A stretch of 62,434 nt of DNA, filler included, from GCA_964501035.1; 31 parts of 31 records of this genome joined end to end with filler, not necessarily neighbours in it, one strand, 5' to 3'; counted from the whole stretch's first letter, positions 20,434-32,896 are shown. Program-made: numbers and translations. The notes: generated by a model not told the origin, from the sequence alone.

Positions 20434-22358
20434 CTAACAGCTACATAATATTTTTTACCCGTAGTTAGACCCGTTAAAGACTTCGTAACTACATTTCCTA
20501 AATCAACACTATTTGCATAGGGATAACCACTGCTATCGGTATCGTAATAGAATTTATATCCAGCTAAATCACCAATCTTACTGGCATCCCAGCTAAAGGA
20601 AGCGGAAGTAGCTGTGCTTGCTGTGAGTTGTAGATTTTGAGCGGGAATTGGAGGGGCATCTGTGTTAGGTGCTGTTAACCAAGGGTCAACGTTTACAAAT
20701 GCATTGACACTGTCACCTTTTCCAGAAGTGTTTTGGGATGGATGGTAAGGACCTGATGAATCACCCCAGTAGTTATTTTTAGCGTTAAGAAGATTAGCAT
20801 TATCATAGTTAAAAACCCCACTACCATTGTAAACTATATTACTTTGATCAATTTCCATTAATCCCTTTGTTGTATAAAAAACTCCATTCCCACTTGAAGA
20901 GATATTATTAAAAGCCGTGATTTTTCTTAGAATTGGATCTTCGGTTGAATATAACGCGCTCCCATTACCTGCAGCATAATTGCCAACTAGTGAAATTCCA
21001 CTAAAAACGTCGCCAGAAATCGATCCATCGTTAAAAATTCCACCACCATTACTAGTGCAAGAATTATTTGCAATGATAGTGTTATCAAATTCAAAGTCAA
21101 CATTAATTGTATTATAAATACCTCCACCATCTTTAGCAGTATTATTTATAATTTTTGAATCTGTAATTTTAATTTCAAGTTCTTGCTGAAGGTATAAACC
21201 ACCACCGTATTGATTAGAATGATTATTAACTATTTCCACATTAACCAATGAAATTGCTTTGTTACTGCCACTGCCATATATAGCAAAGCCGCCACCTTTT
21301 GAAGAATAAGAGTTTCCATTGTTCTTATTTTTCAAAACATTAACCAATTCAAACTTATTGTCGCCATAAAATTCTCCTCCTGCTCCTGTAGCGCCCCATC
21401 CTGAAACGACATTTCCTTCAATTGTTGTATTATAAATCTCTGATTGATTTATAGAATGGATACCTCCACCATATTTCGAAATATTGTTCTTAATCAAACT
21501 GTTTCTAATATTGAGAATTCCATTAGAATATATTCCTCCACCATAATTTGGAGTTTCGTTTGCTTCAATATTACAGCCATACAAATTAAGTCTTCCGTTA
21601 TTACTTATATAAATACCACCACCTTTTTCACTAGCTGTATTATTTTTAATCACAGAGTTCTTTAGGGTAATTCCGGCTTGGTTACAAAATATACCTGCTC
21701 CATTTGAAATATTGCCGCCATTGGTAATTTTAAATCCTTGAATCAGTGTAGTAGTGTCAATAGTTGCGCTCGAAGGATTTATATATATCACACTACTCGT
21801 TCCACCGCCATCAATAATCGTATTACTGGAATCACCTTCACTAATGAGTTTGATACCATTAACATCTGGCCATATGATGTTTTCAGTATAGGTACCAGCT
21901 GAAACTAAAACCACATCTCCTGAAGTTGCTGCATTAAGTCCAGCTTGGATTGTAGAATATGCTGAAGGGACTTTTAAGGTATCTGTTGGTGTTGTAAATG
22001 CCTTTGTTTCCGATGTTGAATAAACCGTTCCGAAATTGGCTTCGGTAGCAGATGCATAATATTCATAATTGGTACCTTTCGATAAATCAGTTACTGTTTT
22101 GCTGAATGAATATTCTCCACCCCAGTTACCAGAAGTATAAGTTTTTGTATAAGCTTCGGTTGTACTGTTTGTTGATTTATTGGTCAAATGAATATATACC
22201 TTTACATTATAAACTTGGGTCCAACCATTAGGTAAATTGACTTTAGCTTTTAATTTAGCAGAAGTAGAGGAAACATCAGTTGGGTCCTGAACCGTTACAG
22301 TCGGTTGAGCAAAAGAAAAACTGATAATTAACAAAAAAAGAATAGCGACTTTCTTCAT
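20434..22358 (-). CDS. Large secreted protein with right-handed beta-helix (GGGIY/POMP-like repeats) and Fn3 domains (3'-truncated)
   Basis: Signal MKKVAILF at 22358; VPSAYSTIQAG..GTYTEN; many N....GGGIY repeats; NYWGDSSGP; Fn3. Confidence 0.85.
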
Positions 22359-22584
22359 ATAAAACTCCTGATATGTTTTTTGGGTAAGTATTTTGGAATA
22401 TTTTTCCCTTGAAAGGGAATTACTTCCCATGGGGAAGGTAGAAAAGTATAATTGAAAATTAACTTCATAAGCGTCTCCAATTGTNNNNNNNNNNNNNNNN
22501 NNNNNNNNNNNNNNNNNNNNNNNNNNNNTTAATTAATTAANNNNNNNNNNNNNNNNNNNNNNNNNNNNNNNNNNNNNNNNNNNN

Positions 22585-24535
22585 TGGAAAGGATCCTAAA
22601 ACCTGAAGTTCCAGTGATCTGTACACTGGAGACCATTGGCGGAGGGGGCACATCCGTACTCCAAGTGGCTCCCACAATGGTACCATTTCTATTATTGCCT
22701 GAAAGATCTTCTAACAAATTTCCATTTCCCTCGTTTATGTTCCAACCTCCAAGCAAACCCCAATCTCCATAAGGAGTAGCATCTGTAAGAGATTCTTGAA
22801 CTTCTGATTCAGAAAACGCATAATGCCAGATTGCAACTTGTTCGATGTTTCCTTTAAAACCCCAATCATTCAATAATGCTGAATGATGTCCAATATTAAA
22901 TGAATAATCACTATCAATATTTCCTTGTTGACCTAGTGGAACGGATGGACCAGAAACACCATCTAAATACATAGTACCATTACCATCACGATCAAATACC
23001 GCATGAGCGATGTGCCATTGACCATCTGCCACCTCAGTACCCTCGCCAAGATCTGAGGTCGCATAAAAAGGAGTTTCGCTAGAATTATCGTAAATCGAGG
23101 CTTGTAACATACCATTATTTCCTACCTTCACCTCAAAGCCATTTCCGAGGCTATATCCCCTTTTTGAGACTAATGAATGAGATCTACCACTTTCCAGCGT
23201 AGAAGGGTCAACTTTAAATACTACTTTAATTGTAAAATCAACATCCCCAACATCTAACCCAACAGGATCACCCATTGTAACATAATCATCCACCCCATCA
23301 AAGCTGAGAGAATAATCTCCATCATATAAACAGCTTCCATCATCAGAGTTTGCGTTGGGGTCATAGTTACTGGCTAAGGGGTCGGTACAGCCTGGAACGG
23401 GTACATCCGTGCTCCAGGTAGCACCATTGATGGTGCCATTATTTCCATTGGAAGTTTGGTCGGTTAGAGTTGTACCTATGCCTTCGTTGAAGTTCCAGTA
23501 ACCTACAAGATCAGATTCACTACCTGTAGGTGATGTAGTCATATAAGATTGGATTTCTGCTTGGGTTAAGGATGAATTCCAAATTTGGACATTATCTATT
23601 TCCCCATGAAAATATTCTGGTCCAGAAGGGGCACCGCTTGGCATATATGCACCAATTTTCAAATCTTGAGAATTATCTGGGTTTAATACTGTACTTGCTG
23701 CAGCAGTGGCTTCTAATTGACCATTGACATATATATACGTTTGACCATTTGTACCGTCAAAAACACCAGTAATAAAATACCATTGACCATCATTTACAAA
23801 ATAATCAGACTGAATAGTACCATTATTAATCCATCCACCATCATATCCTTCACCTGGAATAAATCTTATCTTATTATATACTAACCCTAAATTCCAACCA
23901 TAATAATTTCCAGGAGTAGTTTCCTGTTTTGAAACAATAGTTTGATACGAAGGGTTACTATTACTTTTTTTAATCCAAGCTGTTACCGTGAAATCGCCTG
24001 AACCCCAATTTAATGTTGGTGAATCAGGGATAGATACATGAGAAGCTCCATCAAAGCTGAGAGAGTGGTTAGCGGATGGTGGGTCTTGATCCCCAACTTC
24101 CCAGATCTGGAAATTTAAACTCCCCGAATTATCTCCATAATTCCAGGATGCGGATTCAATGAACTCAAATATTTCTGTAGTACCATCACTTTCAAAATAA
24201 TAATAGTATATATGGTCAGAATTATATTCATCAGGAATCGGTCTAGCGCAATCCCAAGGACTACCATCAGGAATCCCATTCCATCTCCATGGATAATAAC
24301 ACGCAGCTTCCTGATTACTTAATTCAAACGCAGCATCGCGATGTGGTGTATAATTAGCAATACCATAAGTGCCAGATATTTTTAGATAATAATCAGTCCC
24401 TGATTCCAAAACAGATGATTCAATATATTGTTGTGATGAAAAAACCATTGTGAATTCTTCAATCAAAACATCCTCAGCAAATATATCCGCTGAAAACAGA
24501 AAAATAATGAGCAATGAGAGTAATTTTTTATGCAT
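22585..24535 (-). CDS. Secreted protein with two LamG/concanavalin-like domains (3'-truncated)
   Basis: Signal peptide; SLSFDG...W.H...Y.NG...F.G.IDNV.IW twice; LVGYWNFNEG.G..L.D...N.NNGTI.GATWS. Confidence 0.85.
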
Positions 24536-24725
24536 TTGTATTCCTTATATATGTTAAAGCAATAATTGTACCAAAATTCAGATAATTTTGTCATATTTAT
24601 TTTCTCATCAAGAAAATAGATAATANNNNNNNNNNNNNNNNNNNNNNNNNNNNNNNNNNNNNNNNNNNNTTAATTAATTAANNNNNNNNNNNNNNNNNNN
24701 NNNNNNNNNNNNNNNNNNNNNNNNN

Positions 24726-25273
24726 ATAACTTTGATGTAATGAAAATGAAAATTGGGATGTCATCTTTAGAAAATGATATAGCTAAAATTAAAAATTTTA
24801 CCCATGATTTTGGTAAAAATGTAGCATTACGATTGGATGCAAACGGAAGTCTCACATTGAAAGAAGCATTGGCATATTGTGAAAAATTAAAACCATTTAA
24901 TATTGATTATTTTGAGCAACCCCTCCCGGAGGGAAATTTGCGTGAGCTAACACAACTTTGCAACCAAACAACTATTCCAATTGCTGTTGATGAATCGTTA
25001 ACGGATGTTGATTCTGCAAAAGAGATTATCAAGCATACTTCTGTAGATGTATTTGTGATAAAACCCACCATAACTGGAGGGATTTATGAAAGTAATCGGA
25101 TTATACAATTGGCAAAAAAACATAGCATTCGATCTATTATCACAAGTACCCTTGAATCACCGATTGGCCTATCCGCTTGTTCCGAGTTAGCCAAAGCAAA
25201 CCAAATTACAGATGCTTGTGGACTCTCCACAGATATTCTATTTGAATTAGACTCCATTTTATATGTTAATTGA
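24726..25273 (+). CDS. menC: o-succinylbenzoate synthase, C-terminal part (5'-truncated)
   Basis: K.KIG, LRLDANG, YFEQP, IAVDES, IKP..GG, LES.IG; upstream of menE. Confidence 0.88.
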
Positions 25274-26594
25274 TTTTTTACATCGACATTCGGACTCACA
25301 TCCAGAAAAAATTTGCATTCAATCTGAAACTATCTCCATTTCTTTTTCTGTTTTTGTTTCTGAAATCTCTACCCGAGGAAAAATTTTACGAAATATTGGG
25401 GTTCAGCAAGATGATAGGGTTGGAATATTACTGGATGATTCAATTGAATCCATAATTTCTGTATATTCATGTTTTCTTATTGGAGCAATTCCAGTTTTAC
25501 TCCCAAACAATCATACAGAAATTGAAATTTCAAACATGATAAGGGTAACAAACCCATCGGTAATACTCACAAGTTGGGGATTGGCTGATAAAACGAATAG
25601 TGTAGATATTCCAGTTTTCCCAATTGAAGAATTATCACAGGGTTATGGTGGTTGTGGTCCTACAGATTTGAGTCATTCTAAATCGCTTGATGATGTTGCT
25701 CTTATCCTATTTACTTCGGGTACAACTGGCACACCAAAAGCAGTGCAACTATCTGAGCGAAACATTATTGAATCTGCATCGAATTGGCACGACCAATTAG
25801 AATTTCACCCATCAGACAATTATTTACATTGTTTACCCATACATCATATTGGTGGTATATCAATATTTTTTAGAGCAATGATTTATGGCTTTAAAGTGAC
25901 AACAGTTTCATTTGATGTAAACGCAGTTATTCATGCTATTCAAAACCAATCAGTGTCATGGGTTTCAGTCGTACCAACCATACTAGATAAACTATTAAGT
26001 CACAATACAGATTTCAAATCTAACGATTTTAGAGGATTTATATTAAGTGGTAGTAGTAGTTCTGAGGCATTACTAAATACCATTTTAACCCATGATGTAC
26101 CGGTGTATAAATCGTATGGAATGACAGAAACATCCTCAGGAATTTGTGGATTTTGGGTACATGAATATCCATCAAAATTTGATTCAGTTGGACATGTTTT
26201 TAAAAATGTTAATTGTAAAATTAAACATACAACTCTGCGGGTGGATAGTTCATGCAATATGGTTGGATATATTAATGAGGAGCCAATAACCACTTGGTTG
26301 GACACACAAGATATTGCTCGCATCGATTCAGATGGATTTATTTTCATTGAAAGCAGATTAAGCGATACAATTGTTTCTGGTGGTGAGAATATAGATCCCG
26401 AAGAAATACGACAATGTATTTTATCATATCCTCAAGTTATGGCTGCACGAGTATTTTCAAAACCGCATGAAAAATGGGGTGACATTGTTGTTGCGGAAGT
26501 TCAAGGTCAGCAAATTGAGTTAACTCAGCTTAAACAATTTTTAAAACAGAGATTAAGTCCCTATAAAATTCCCAAGGAAATAATAGAAGTTTGA
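25263..26594 (+). CDS. menE: o-succinylbenzoate-CoA ligase
   Basis: FTSGTTGTPK, LPIHHIGG, SYGMTETSS, SGGENI.PEEI; follows menC. Confidence 0.88.
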   Translation: MLIDFLHRHSDSHPEKICIQSETISISFSVFVSEISTRGKILRNIGVQQDDRVGILLDDSIESIISVYSCFLIGAIPVLLPNNHTEIEISNMIRVTNPSVILTSWGLADKTNSVDIPVFPIEELSQGYGGCGPTDLSHSKSLDDVALILFTSGTTGTPKAVQLSERNIIESASNWHDQLEFHPSDNYLHCLPIHHIGGISIFFRAMIYGFKVTTVSFDVNAVIHAIQNQSVSWVSVVPTILDKLLSHNTDFKSNDFRGFILSGSSSSEALLNTILTHDVPVYKSYGMTETSSGICGFWVHEYPSKFDSVGHVFKNVNCKIKHTTLRVDSSCNMVGYINEEPITTWLDTQDIARIDSDGFIFIESRLSDTIVSGGENIDPEEIRQCILSYPQVMAARVFSKPHEKWGDIVVAEVQGQQIELTQLKQFLKQRLSPYKIPKEIIEV

Positions 26595-26620
26595 AGTTTG
26601 AAGTTTGAAGGGTGAAGGGT
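26586..26620. repeat. Heptamer tandem repeat (GAAGTTT x3, GAAGGGT x2)
   Basis: Read directly; it overlaps the menE stop codon. Confidence 0.8.
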
Positions 26621-26857
26621 GATAGTTCGGTAAGCTCACTATTCAGTGAAAAGTTTATAAGGTATTAAAGTTGAAAGTGAAAAATGTTTGAATCACTTTA
26701 GCTGGGAGAAGGAAGCAGTTAAAAGACTATAGAGTNNNNNNNNNNNNNNNNNNNNNNNNNNNNNNNNNNNNNNNNNNNNTTAATTAATTAANNNNNNNNN
26801 NNNNNNNNNNNNNNNNNNNNNNNNNNNNNNNNNNNTTATTGAATATATTTGACAAAT

Positions 26858-26888
26858 AAAAAACCCCCAACTTATAGAAGGGGGTTTC
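26858..26888 (-). terminator. Intrinsic terminator after tRNA-Arg
   Basis: Minus strand AAACCCC...GGGGG followed by a T6 tract. Confidence 0.75.
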
Positions 26889-26893
26889 CTTTG

Positions 26894-26967
<74 letters not shown>

Positions 26968-27045
26968 TATGCTTTTGCTAGCAAGACTTATAAATTACGC
27001 AATCTGTTCTTTTGAAAACAATACTCATACTATGTAAATTTGAAA

Positions 27046-27753
27046 ATGTCACAATCTTTTAAACACCATTTTGGCAATAACTGTATCACTATTTCTATGA
27101 ACCATAGTAAGTCAAATGCGATAAACCACTCTTTTCTAGATAGACTAATTGACACTTTTTCAAATTCACATTCTGATTTACCAATTGTTTTAAAAGGAAA
27201 TGAACAATTTTTCTCGTGTGGATTAGATTTATTTTCAGTTCACAAAATGAATGAAAAAGAATTAGTTGAACTAATATACAAATTTCAAAATTTACTGAAT
27301 ATTGTGTTAAATCACCCCAATCCTGTTATTGGGTATATTGAAGGACATGCAGTTGCAGGAGGTTTTATCCTTGCATCTGCGTGTGACCATGTTTTTATAC
27401 ATAAATCAAATTCACAATATGGTATGAACGAGCAAAAGTTAGGCATAACCCTACCCCCATTACCTAATGCAATTCTCCAATGGACTTACAAGCATAAATT
27501 GGATAAGATATTATGTGCACAAGACTATTTTTCCTATCAAGATATTCTAGAGTTTAATCATTTTTCTTTACTGAATAGTAATTGTATCCCTGTTGAATCT
27601 ATCTCTAGAAATTTTGACCGTAAGAAATTTATAGATTCATATATGAGTAAGTATGCTGAAAGGGATATGAAAATGATGATTGAATCGTGGTTTTCTCAAC
27701 AAGCTTTCAAGGGCAGAGAGAAAATATTGCAAAAACTAAAATGTAAGTTGTAG
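27046..27753 (+). CDS. Enoyl-CoA hydratase/isomerase family
   Basis: NAIN, FFSCGLDL, IEGHAVAGGFILASACD, GMNE..LG. Confidence 0.85.
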   Translation: MSQSFKHHFGNNCITISMNHSKSNAINHSFLDRLIDTFSNSHSDLPIVLKGNEQFFSCGLDLFSVHKMNEKELVELIYKFQNLLNIVLNHPNPVIGYIEGHAVAGGFILASACDHVFIHKSNSQYGMNEQKLGITLPPLPNAILQWTYKHKLDKILCAQDYFSYQDILEFNHFSLLNSNCIPVESISRNFDRKKFIDSYMSKYAERDMKMMIESWFSQQAFKGREKILQKLKCKL

Positions 27754-28338
27754 TTGGATTTCTACGTTAGATGTTCCATGTGGTATAAATGCAGAACTAA
27801 AATTATATTTTCCAGATTTTCGCTCTAAATATAAAACATCAATCACTGAAACAATTCTATGGACTATCAACCCTGCAATAGCAAAGTTGGCTACTTTTTT
27901 ACTATTTGCACTAGTTATTCTCATTTTATCAAATTTTAATCTATTTGCTTTGGTGTCCCATTCCCAATGTTCATTATTTGATTCTGAATATAAATCTTCA
28001 ATAGCTCTACGGCGTTCCATATCATCATTATATAATGTCATCGAATCATAGTGGCCCATATTTACTGCAAAAATATAATCCTTACCAGTAAAATCAACAT
28101 CAGCATGTAATACACCAAACGATTCATAGTCCTGCTTGTACCAATTATGTAACGAATTTCCACCTATTACAGATACCCATAAAATAGCTTCTCGTATAAA
28201 GAAATTTTTTGCTCTATTTGTCTCAGAAATACTAGCTTCACCCCATCCTGGAAGAATGAGAGATTTTAACTTTGGTCCAGCAAAAACTGTTTGAGTTAAC
28301 AAAATAAATAATAGTGCTTTAAATAATATTTTTTTCAT
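27736..28338 (-). CDS. Conserved secreted hypothetical protein (KSL..PGWGE type)
   Basis: Signal peptide; KSLILPGWGE; W.WD....R..F...R; RIVSVID. Confidence 0.7.
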   Translation of the reverse strand: MKKILFKALLFILLTQTVFAGPKLKSLILPGWGEASISETNRAKNFFIREAILWVSVIGGNSLHNWYKQDYESFGVLHADVDFTGKDYIFAVNMGHYDSMTLYNDDMERRRAIEDLYSESNNEHWEWDTKANRLKFDKMRITSANSKKVANFAIAGLIVHRIVSVIDVLYLERKSGKYNFSSAFIPHGTSNVEIQLQLTF

Positions 28339-28815
28339 TTTTTCGTAAAGATATAAATCCAACTATAATAGTTAATAATAAAATCAACTGAGCAAATTTA
28401 TCACCATATTGTGAATAAAATGTCAACTTTTCTGAAGGATAAATCTGTGCTGTTACACAACCAGATTCATTCAACCCAAGTTGATGGGTTATGTTCCCTC
28501 GCTTATCAATTATCATGGAAATACCCGTATTTGCACAGCGAATAACAGGCTTTCGATTTTCAACAGCACGATAAATTGATTGTCTAGCATGTTGTTGAGG
28601 TTCAGGTGCAGTTTCATACCAACCATCATTAACTACAAATGATAAAAATTGAGCACCTTTTTGAACAAAATTTCTACTTAAATTGGGAAATGTTGACTCC
28701 ATACAAACCATAGTTGCAAATGGAGTACTATTTATTTGAAAAAGTGTATAATCCATCCCAGGTTCAAAATTGGCTTGTCCAAAATTTAGTTTCTTTAATT
28801 TTGGAAATGTATCTG
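28319..28815 (-). CDS. lnt: Apolipoprotein N-acyltransferase, C-terminus (5'-truncated)
   Basis: VCMESTFP, VNDGWY, RAVENRKPVIRCANTGIS, TFYSQYGD. Confidence 0.92.
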
Positions 28816-28915
28816 NNNNNNNNNNNNNNNNNNNNNNNNNNNNNNNNNNNNNNNNNNNNTTAATTAATTAANNNNNNNNNNNNNNNNNNNNNNNNNNNNN
28901 NNNNNNNNNNNNNNN

Positions 28916-30360
28916 TTATCTCCAAATTTATCTTCTACCTGTGCACAACCAACAATTTTTTTCTTATCCTGAGAGAAAGTTTTGATATCCTCTTCTTGAT
29001 AACGTTTTGTTGTGAGATTAAATTGATTTGTTTTTAAAGTGAGTTGAGATATTCTAGGAATTGTGAACTCATCAGCTTTTTTAATATGAATTTTAATATT
29101 TAGCTGTTTAAGATATTCTTCAAAACTGGCAGAGTTTTTTCCGGATTCTACTCTCTTTCGTTGTTGTGTATACATTTTACCACGTTGCTTATCCTCTTCT
29201 GTGATCTTGATAACATGAAAATCATTCAATTCTGTTAATGTTGAAACATATAATGAAGGATCCTTTGGTAATTCAATAGTAAGTACCTCGGGAAGAGTTT
29301 CACGTACAAAATCTCTATTAACTTGATCATCATCCAGAAACACCATACTATCTAACCCTATATTGAGTTCTTGAGCAATATTCTTCAAATTTGTGACTTT
29401 ATCATTCCAATTAATCTTCAAGCAAGCAAAATGTTTTTCCCTCAGAATCATATTTGGATGCTCTTTGATTACTTGAATTGCATCTTCTAGATTATTTTTG
29501 CTATTTACAGCTAAAATTATTCCACGTTCATGAAGAGCAAGTAAATATTTTTGAAATTCTAGGTAAGCATTTCCTGGGGGTTGTGGTCCTAATTTGATTT
29601 TATTAAATCCGTCTTCACCCACTATACCACCCCACAAAGTATTATCAAGATCTAAAACAATACACTTCTTATTGAGACCTAAAGTTGGTTTAATATATCC
29701 TAGAAGATCATTTGCCAAAATTGGAATATAACTTAATGATACTTTTACATCACCAAAAAAATATTGTTGAAAATCAAATACATTCTCTTCACCATGTTTT
29801 GAAATAAATCCATTAATATCATAAACATAAATTGAATTTTCATCTCTACAAATATTATTTAGTTTATGATTTAGATCAAAAACCATTTCCTGTAAACCAT
29901 AATCTGTTTTGGTTTCAAATATTCCATATGGTGAATATGTTGGAATAATAAAATTAGAAATGACTAATTTTGAATTTGATTTTTCTTTAAAAGATTTTAT
30001 TAGATTAATTAATTCATTAATTTTATTTTGTATAAATTCTCGACGTTTGTCTACTGATAAATTATATGGATTATAAAATAAATCTCCCAAAATATTTCTG
30101 GTATCTAAAATAAGAAAACAAACATCCGGGGAAAAAGAATAAAGTTTGCTTTCACTATTTAGTATCTCTTCATTATAGCGATTATAACCACCATAAAATG
30201 TATCACAGCCCACTTTTAACTCTGAACATTTTACCTTGATTGTTTCATTCAAACCATCCAACGTGAAACTTCCTAGTAAAGCAATCTTGATTTTACTCTC
30301 AAAATCTGAAGAATCTACTTTTTTTGATTCTATGATATATTCTGATAATTTTCTTTCCAA
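28916..30360 (-). CDS. FkbH-like HAD-IIIC phosphatase / glyceryl transferase (3'-truncated)
   Basis: KKCIVLDLDNTLWGGIVGEDG, SKNN, INWNDK, FLDD, QLTLKTNQFNLTT.RY, DKFGD. Confidence 0.92.
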
Positions 30361-30471
30361 GACTCTATTTTAATAAATATGAGGTTCAACAATAAATATT
30401 GTGTAGTATTTCTACTATTTTTTATCAGTAAGCTTTACAAACAAAAACTAGTTTGTAGTCATGATTGACAT

Positions 30472-30890
30472 ATGTCTGAAGACGATAATACATTCCCAAT
30501 AAATGAAAAAGAGGTTATGGAATATTATGGATATTCTGGAAGCTTTGGTAGATTAAAAATTAAGACAAAATTTTTGCGTAGTTGGATTTTACACTCTCTT
30601 GCATATTCATCTCCAAGTTCAGGATTTGCGGTAAAAATGCAAAGAATTCGAGGTGTAAAAATTGGACAAAATTGTCATTTTAATCCTTATGTTCTAATTG
30701 ATCTTGTATATCCAGATCTAGTTAAGATTGGTAATAATGTAACCCTTGGGTCTCATTCAATGATCTTTGCTCACAGTAATCCTTCTGCAAACTTGTTTTT
30801 AAAAAGAGGTGAATATCCAAGAAAAGTAGAACGCGTAAACATAAAATCTGGTGCTGTAATCAATCCTGGTGCTATAGTTATTGCAGGAGT
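30472..30890 (+). CDS. Left-handed beta-helix acyltransferase (3'-truncated)
   Basis: GVKIGQNC..., KIGNNVTLG...IFAH hexapeptide repeats. Confidence 0.8.
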
Positions 30891-30990
30891 NNNNNNNNNN
30901 NNNNNNNNNNNNNNNNNNNNNNNNNNNNNNNNNNTTAATTAATTAANNNNNNNNNNNNNNNNNNNNNNNNNNNNNNNNNNNNNNNNNNNN

Positions 30991-31073
30991 AATTAGCAGC
31001 CAAAACTTTTGTTCCAGAGTCTGAAGAGTCACGAATTAAAGGAGCAGGCGGTAGTGATGATGCAAACGATTAA
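30991..31073 (+). CDS. DUF3726-like protein, C-terminal fragment
   Basis: LAAKTFVPESEESRIKGAGGSDDAND* resembles the conserved VP.SE.SR..GAG...ND terminus. Confidence 0.55.
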
Positions 31074-31077
31074 ATAC

Positions 31078-32202
31078 TTATTTATTTCTTAAAAAAGGTA
31101 AGTCACAAACACTAATCTCAAAATCAGTATTATTCTTTTTAATAAAATAAGATCCATTAACGGATCCACTCCTTTTGTTAACGATACCAAGAGCTATATT
31201 TTTCTTCAGCCTGGGTGAATATACACTAGAAGTAATTTTTCCAATTTTATCACTATCAGAATAAATTGGCACATAATCTGAACTAAATTCATCTTGGAAA
31301 TTACCAAGAATTTCAATACCGATAAGTTCTTTGGTTGGTCCTTTTTTGTGTATTTCCCTAAGAGCTTTTTTTGACAAGAAATCAGCTTTTTTTTGCAGGT
31401 TTACAAACTTGTCCATACCTAAATCAAAAGGATTTTCATCAAGCGTCATATCGTTTCCGTAAGAAAGCATTCCACTCTCAATACGACTTATTTGAGAGGG
31501 TGCCGCAGGAGCAATTTTAAACTCTTGTCCGGCCTGCATAATAATCTCCCAAAGTTTATTGCCTTTTTCTCCATCCATCAAATAAATCTCATACCCCACT
31601 TCACCACTCCAGCCACTTCGGGCAATAACAACTGGAATGTTGTTTATTGTTGTTTCTTTGAAATAAAAGAATTTTAGATTCCTTATCCAGTTTCCAGAAA
31701 TTTTTTCCATCAAATCCGTAGCTTTTGGACCCTGAAGAGATAAAGGTGAAGCATCTGGCTCCCGTAATTGTACATCAAATATATTCGCAGATGCTATGCC
31801 CAGGCACCAAAGCAAAACATCACTATCCGCGGTGGATAACCAATAATGATTTTCATCTAATTTTAAAAGAACAGGATCATTAATAATACCACCATTTTTC
31901 TCTGTAATAAGTATATACATGCACTGTCCAACTTTGCATTTAGAAATATCACGAGGAGTAATAAATTCTACAAATCGTTCTGCATCTTTTCCTTTAATTT
32001 CAACTTGTCTTTCACCCGCTACATCCCACAAGGTAACATCACTGACCAACGACCAATAATCATCAACAAATGTTTTATAGTAGGTTGGCATGTACATTTT
32101 ATTATAAACAGTAAATCCTTTGCACCCCCATTTCATCGTAGACTCAAAAAAAGGAGATTTTCTAATACGTGTACCAAAAGTAATTTCTGGTTTAGAATTC
32201 AT
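31078..32202 (-). CDS. GcvT-family folate-dependent aminomethyltransferase/demethylase (DmdA-related)
   Basis: RIRKSPFF, TVYNKMYMP, LWDVAGERQVEI.G.DA, INDPVLL, RSGWSGE.GYEIY, RIESGMLSYG, SPRL..NIA. Confidence 0.88.
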   Translation of the reverse strand: MNSKPEITFGTRIRKSPFFESTMKWGCKGFTVYNKMYMPTYYKTFVDDYWSLVSDVTLWDVAGERQVEIKGKDAERFVEFITPRDISKCKVGQCMYILITEKNGGIINDPVLLKLDENHYWLSTADSDVLLWCLGIASANIFDVQLREPDASPLSLQGPKATDLMEKISGNWIRNLKFFYFKETTINNIPVVIARSGWSGEVGYEIYLMDGEKGNKLWEIIMQAGQEFKIAPAAPSQISRIESGMLSYGNDMTLDENPFDLGMDKFVNLQKKADFLSKKALREIHKKGPTKELIGIEILGNFQDEFSSDYVPIYSDSDKIGKITSSVYSPRLKKNIALGIVNKRSGSVNGSYFIKKNNTDFEISVCDLPFLRNK

Positions 32203-32222
32203 TTAAGTGCGTTTAAATATTT

Positions 32223-32896
32223 TTAAATTAAATGCAATGACCTTGGGAAATCACAAAATAACTCACATCCTTTTTCATTCACGCGAATTGACTCACTAAT
32301 TTCAAGACCCCAGGTGTCCATCCACATGCCTGCCATCAAATGAAATGTAACATTGGGCTGTAAAACAGTCATGTCATTTTTACGAATGCTTAAAGTATGC
32401 TCTCCCCAATCCGGTGGGTAACCAAGTCCTATAGAATATCCACATCTAGATTCTTTCTCTAAACCATATTTTTCAAGCACACTCCAAAAAGCAACAGCTA
32501 CATCATGGCATGTATTACCTGGTTTAGTTTTCTCTATAGCTCTCTCAACACCCTCGTTCGTAATTTTTAAAGTATCATTAGTTTTTGGATCAGGTTTACC
32601 AATATAAATCGTTCGAGACAATGCGCAATGATATCTATGTTTAACACCGCCTAACTCTATTATAGTACCTTCATTCTCATTAAATTTCTTATCAGTGGGA
32701 GTTAAATGCGAGGCTGATGCTGAAACCCCACTTGCCAATATGATGTTTAAACCTGAATATTCACCACCCATTTCATCCTTACCTGATAATAATGATTGTT
32801 GAATATTGCCTGCTACTTGATTTTGACGAACACCAGGTTTTATTGAATCATAAGCTCTTTGCATTCCCAATTGAACAAGTATGCTGGCATCCTTCA
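32223..32896 (-). CDS. M24 peptidase, ectoine hydrolase DoeA/EutD-like (5'-truncated)
   Basis: SHLT, RYHCALSRT, GYSIGLGYPPDWGEHT.S.R..D.T.LQPN.TFH.M.G.W.D.WG.E.SE. Confidence 0.78.

Noticed and set aside
31078..32202. Calling the gene dmdA
   Set aside because: The N-terminus (RIRKSPFF, YNKMYMP) fits the wider GcvT-like clade; orthology cannot be established without a phylogeny.
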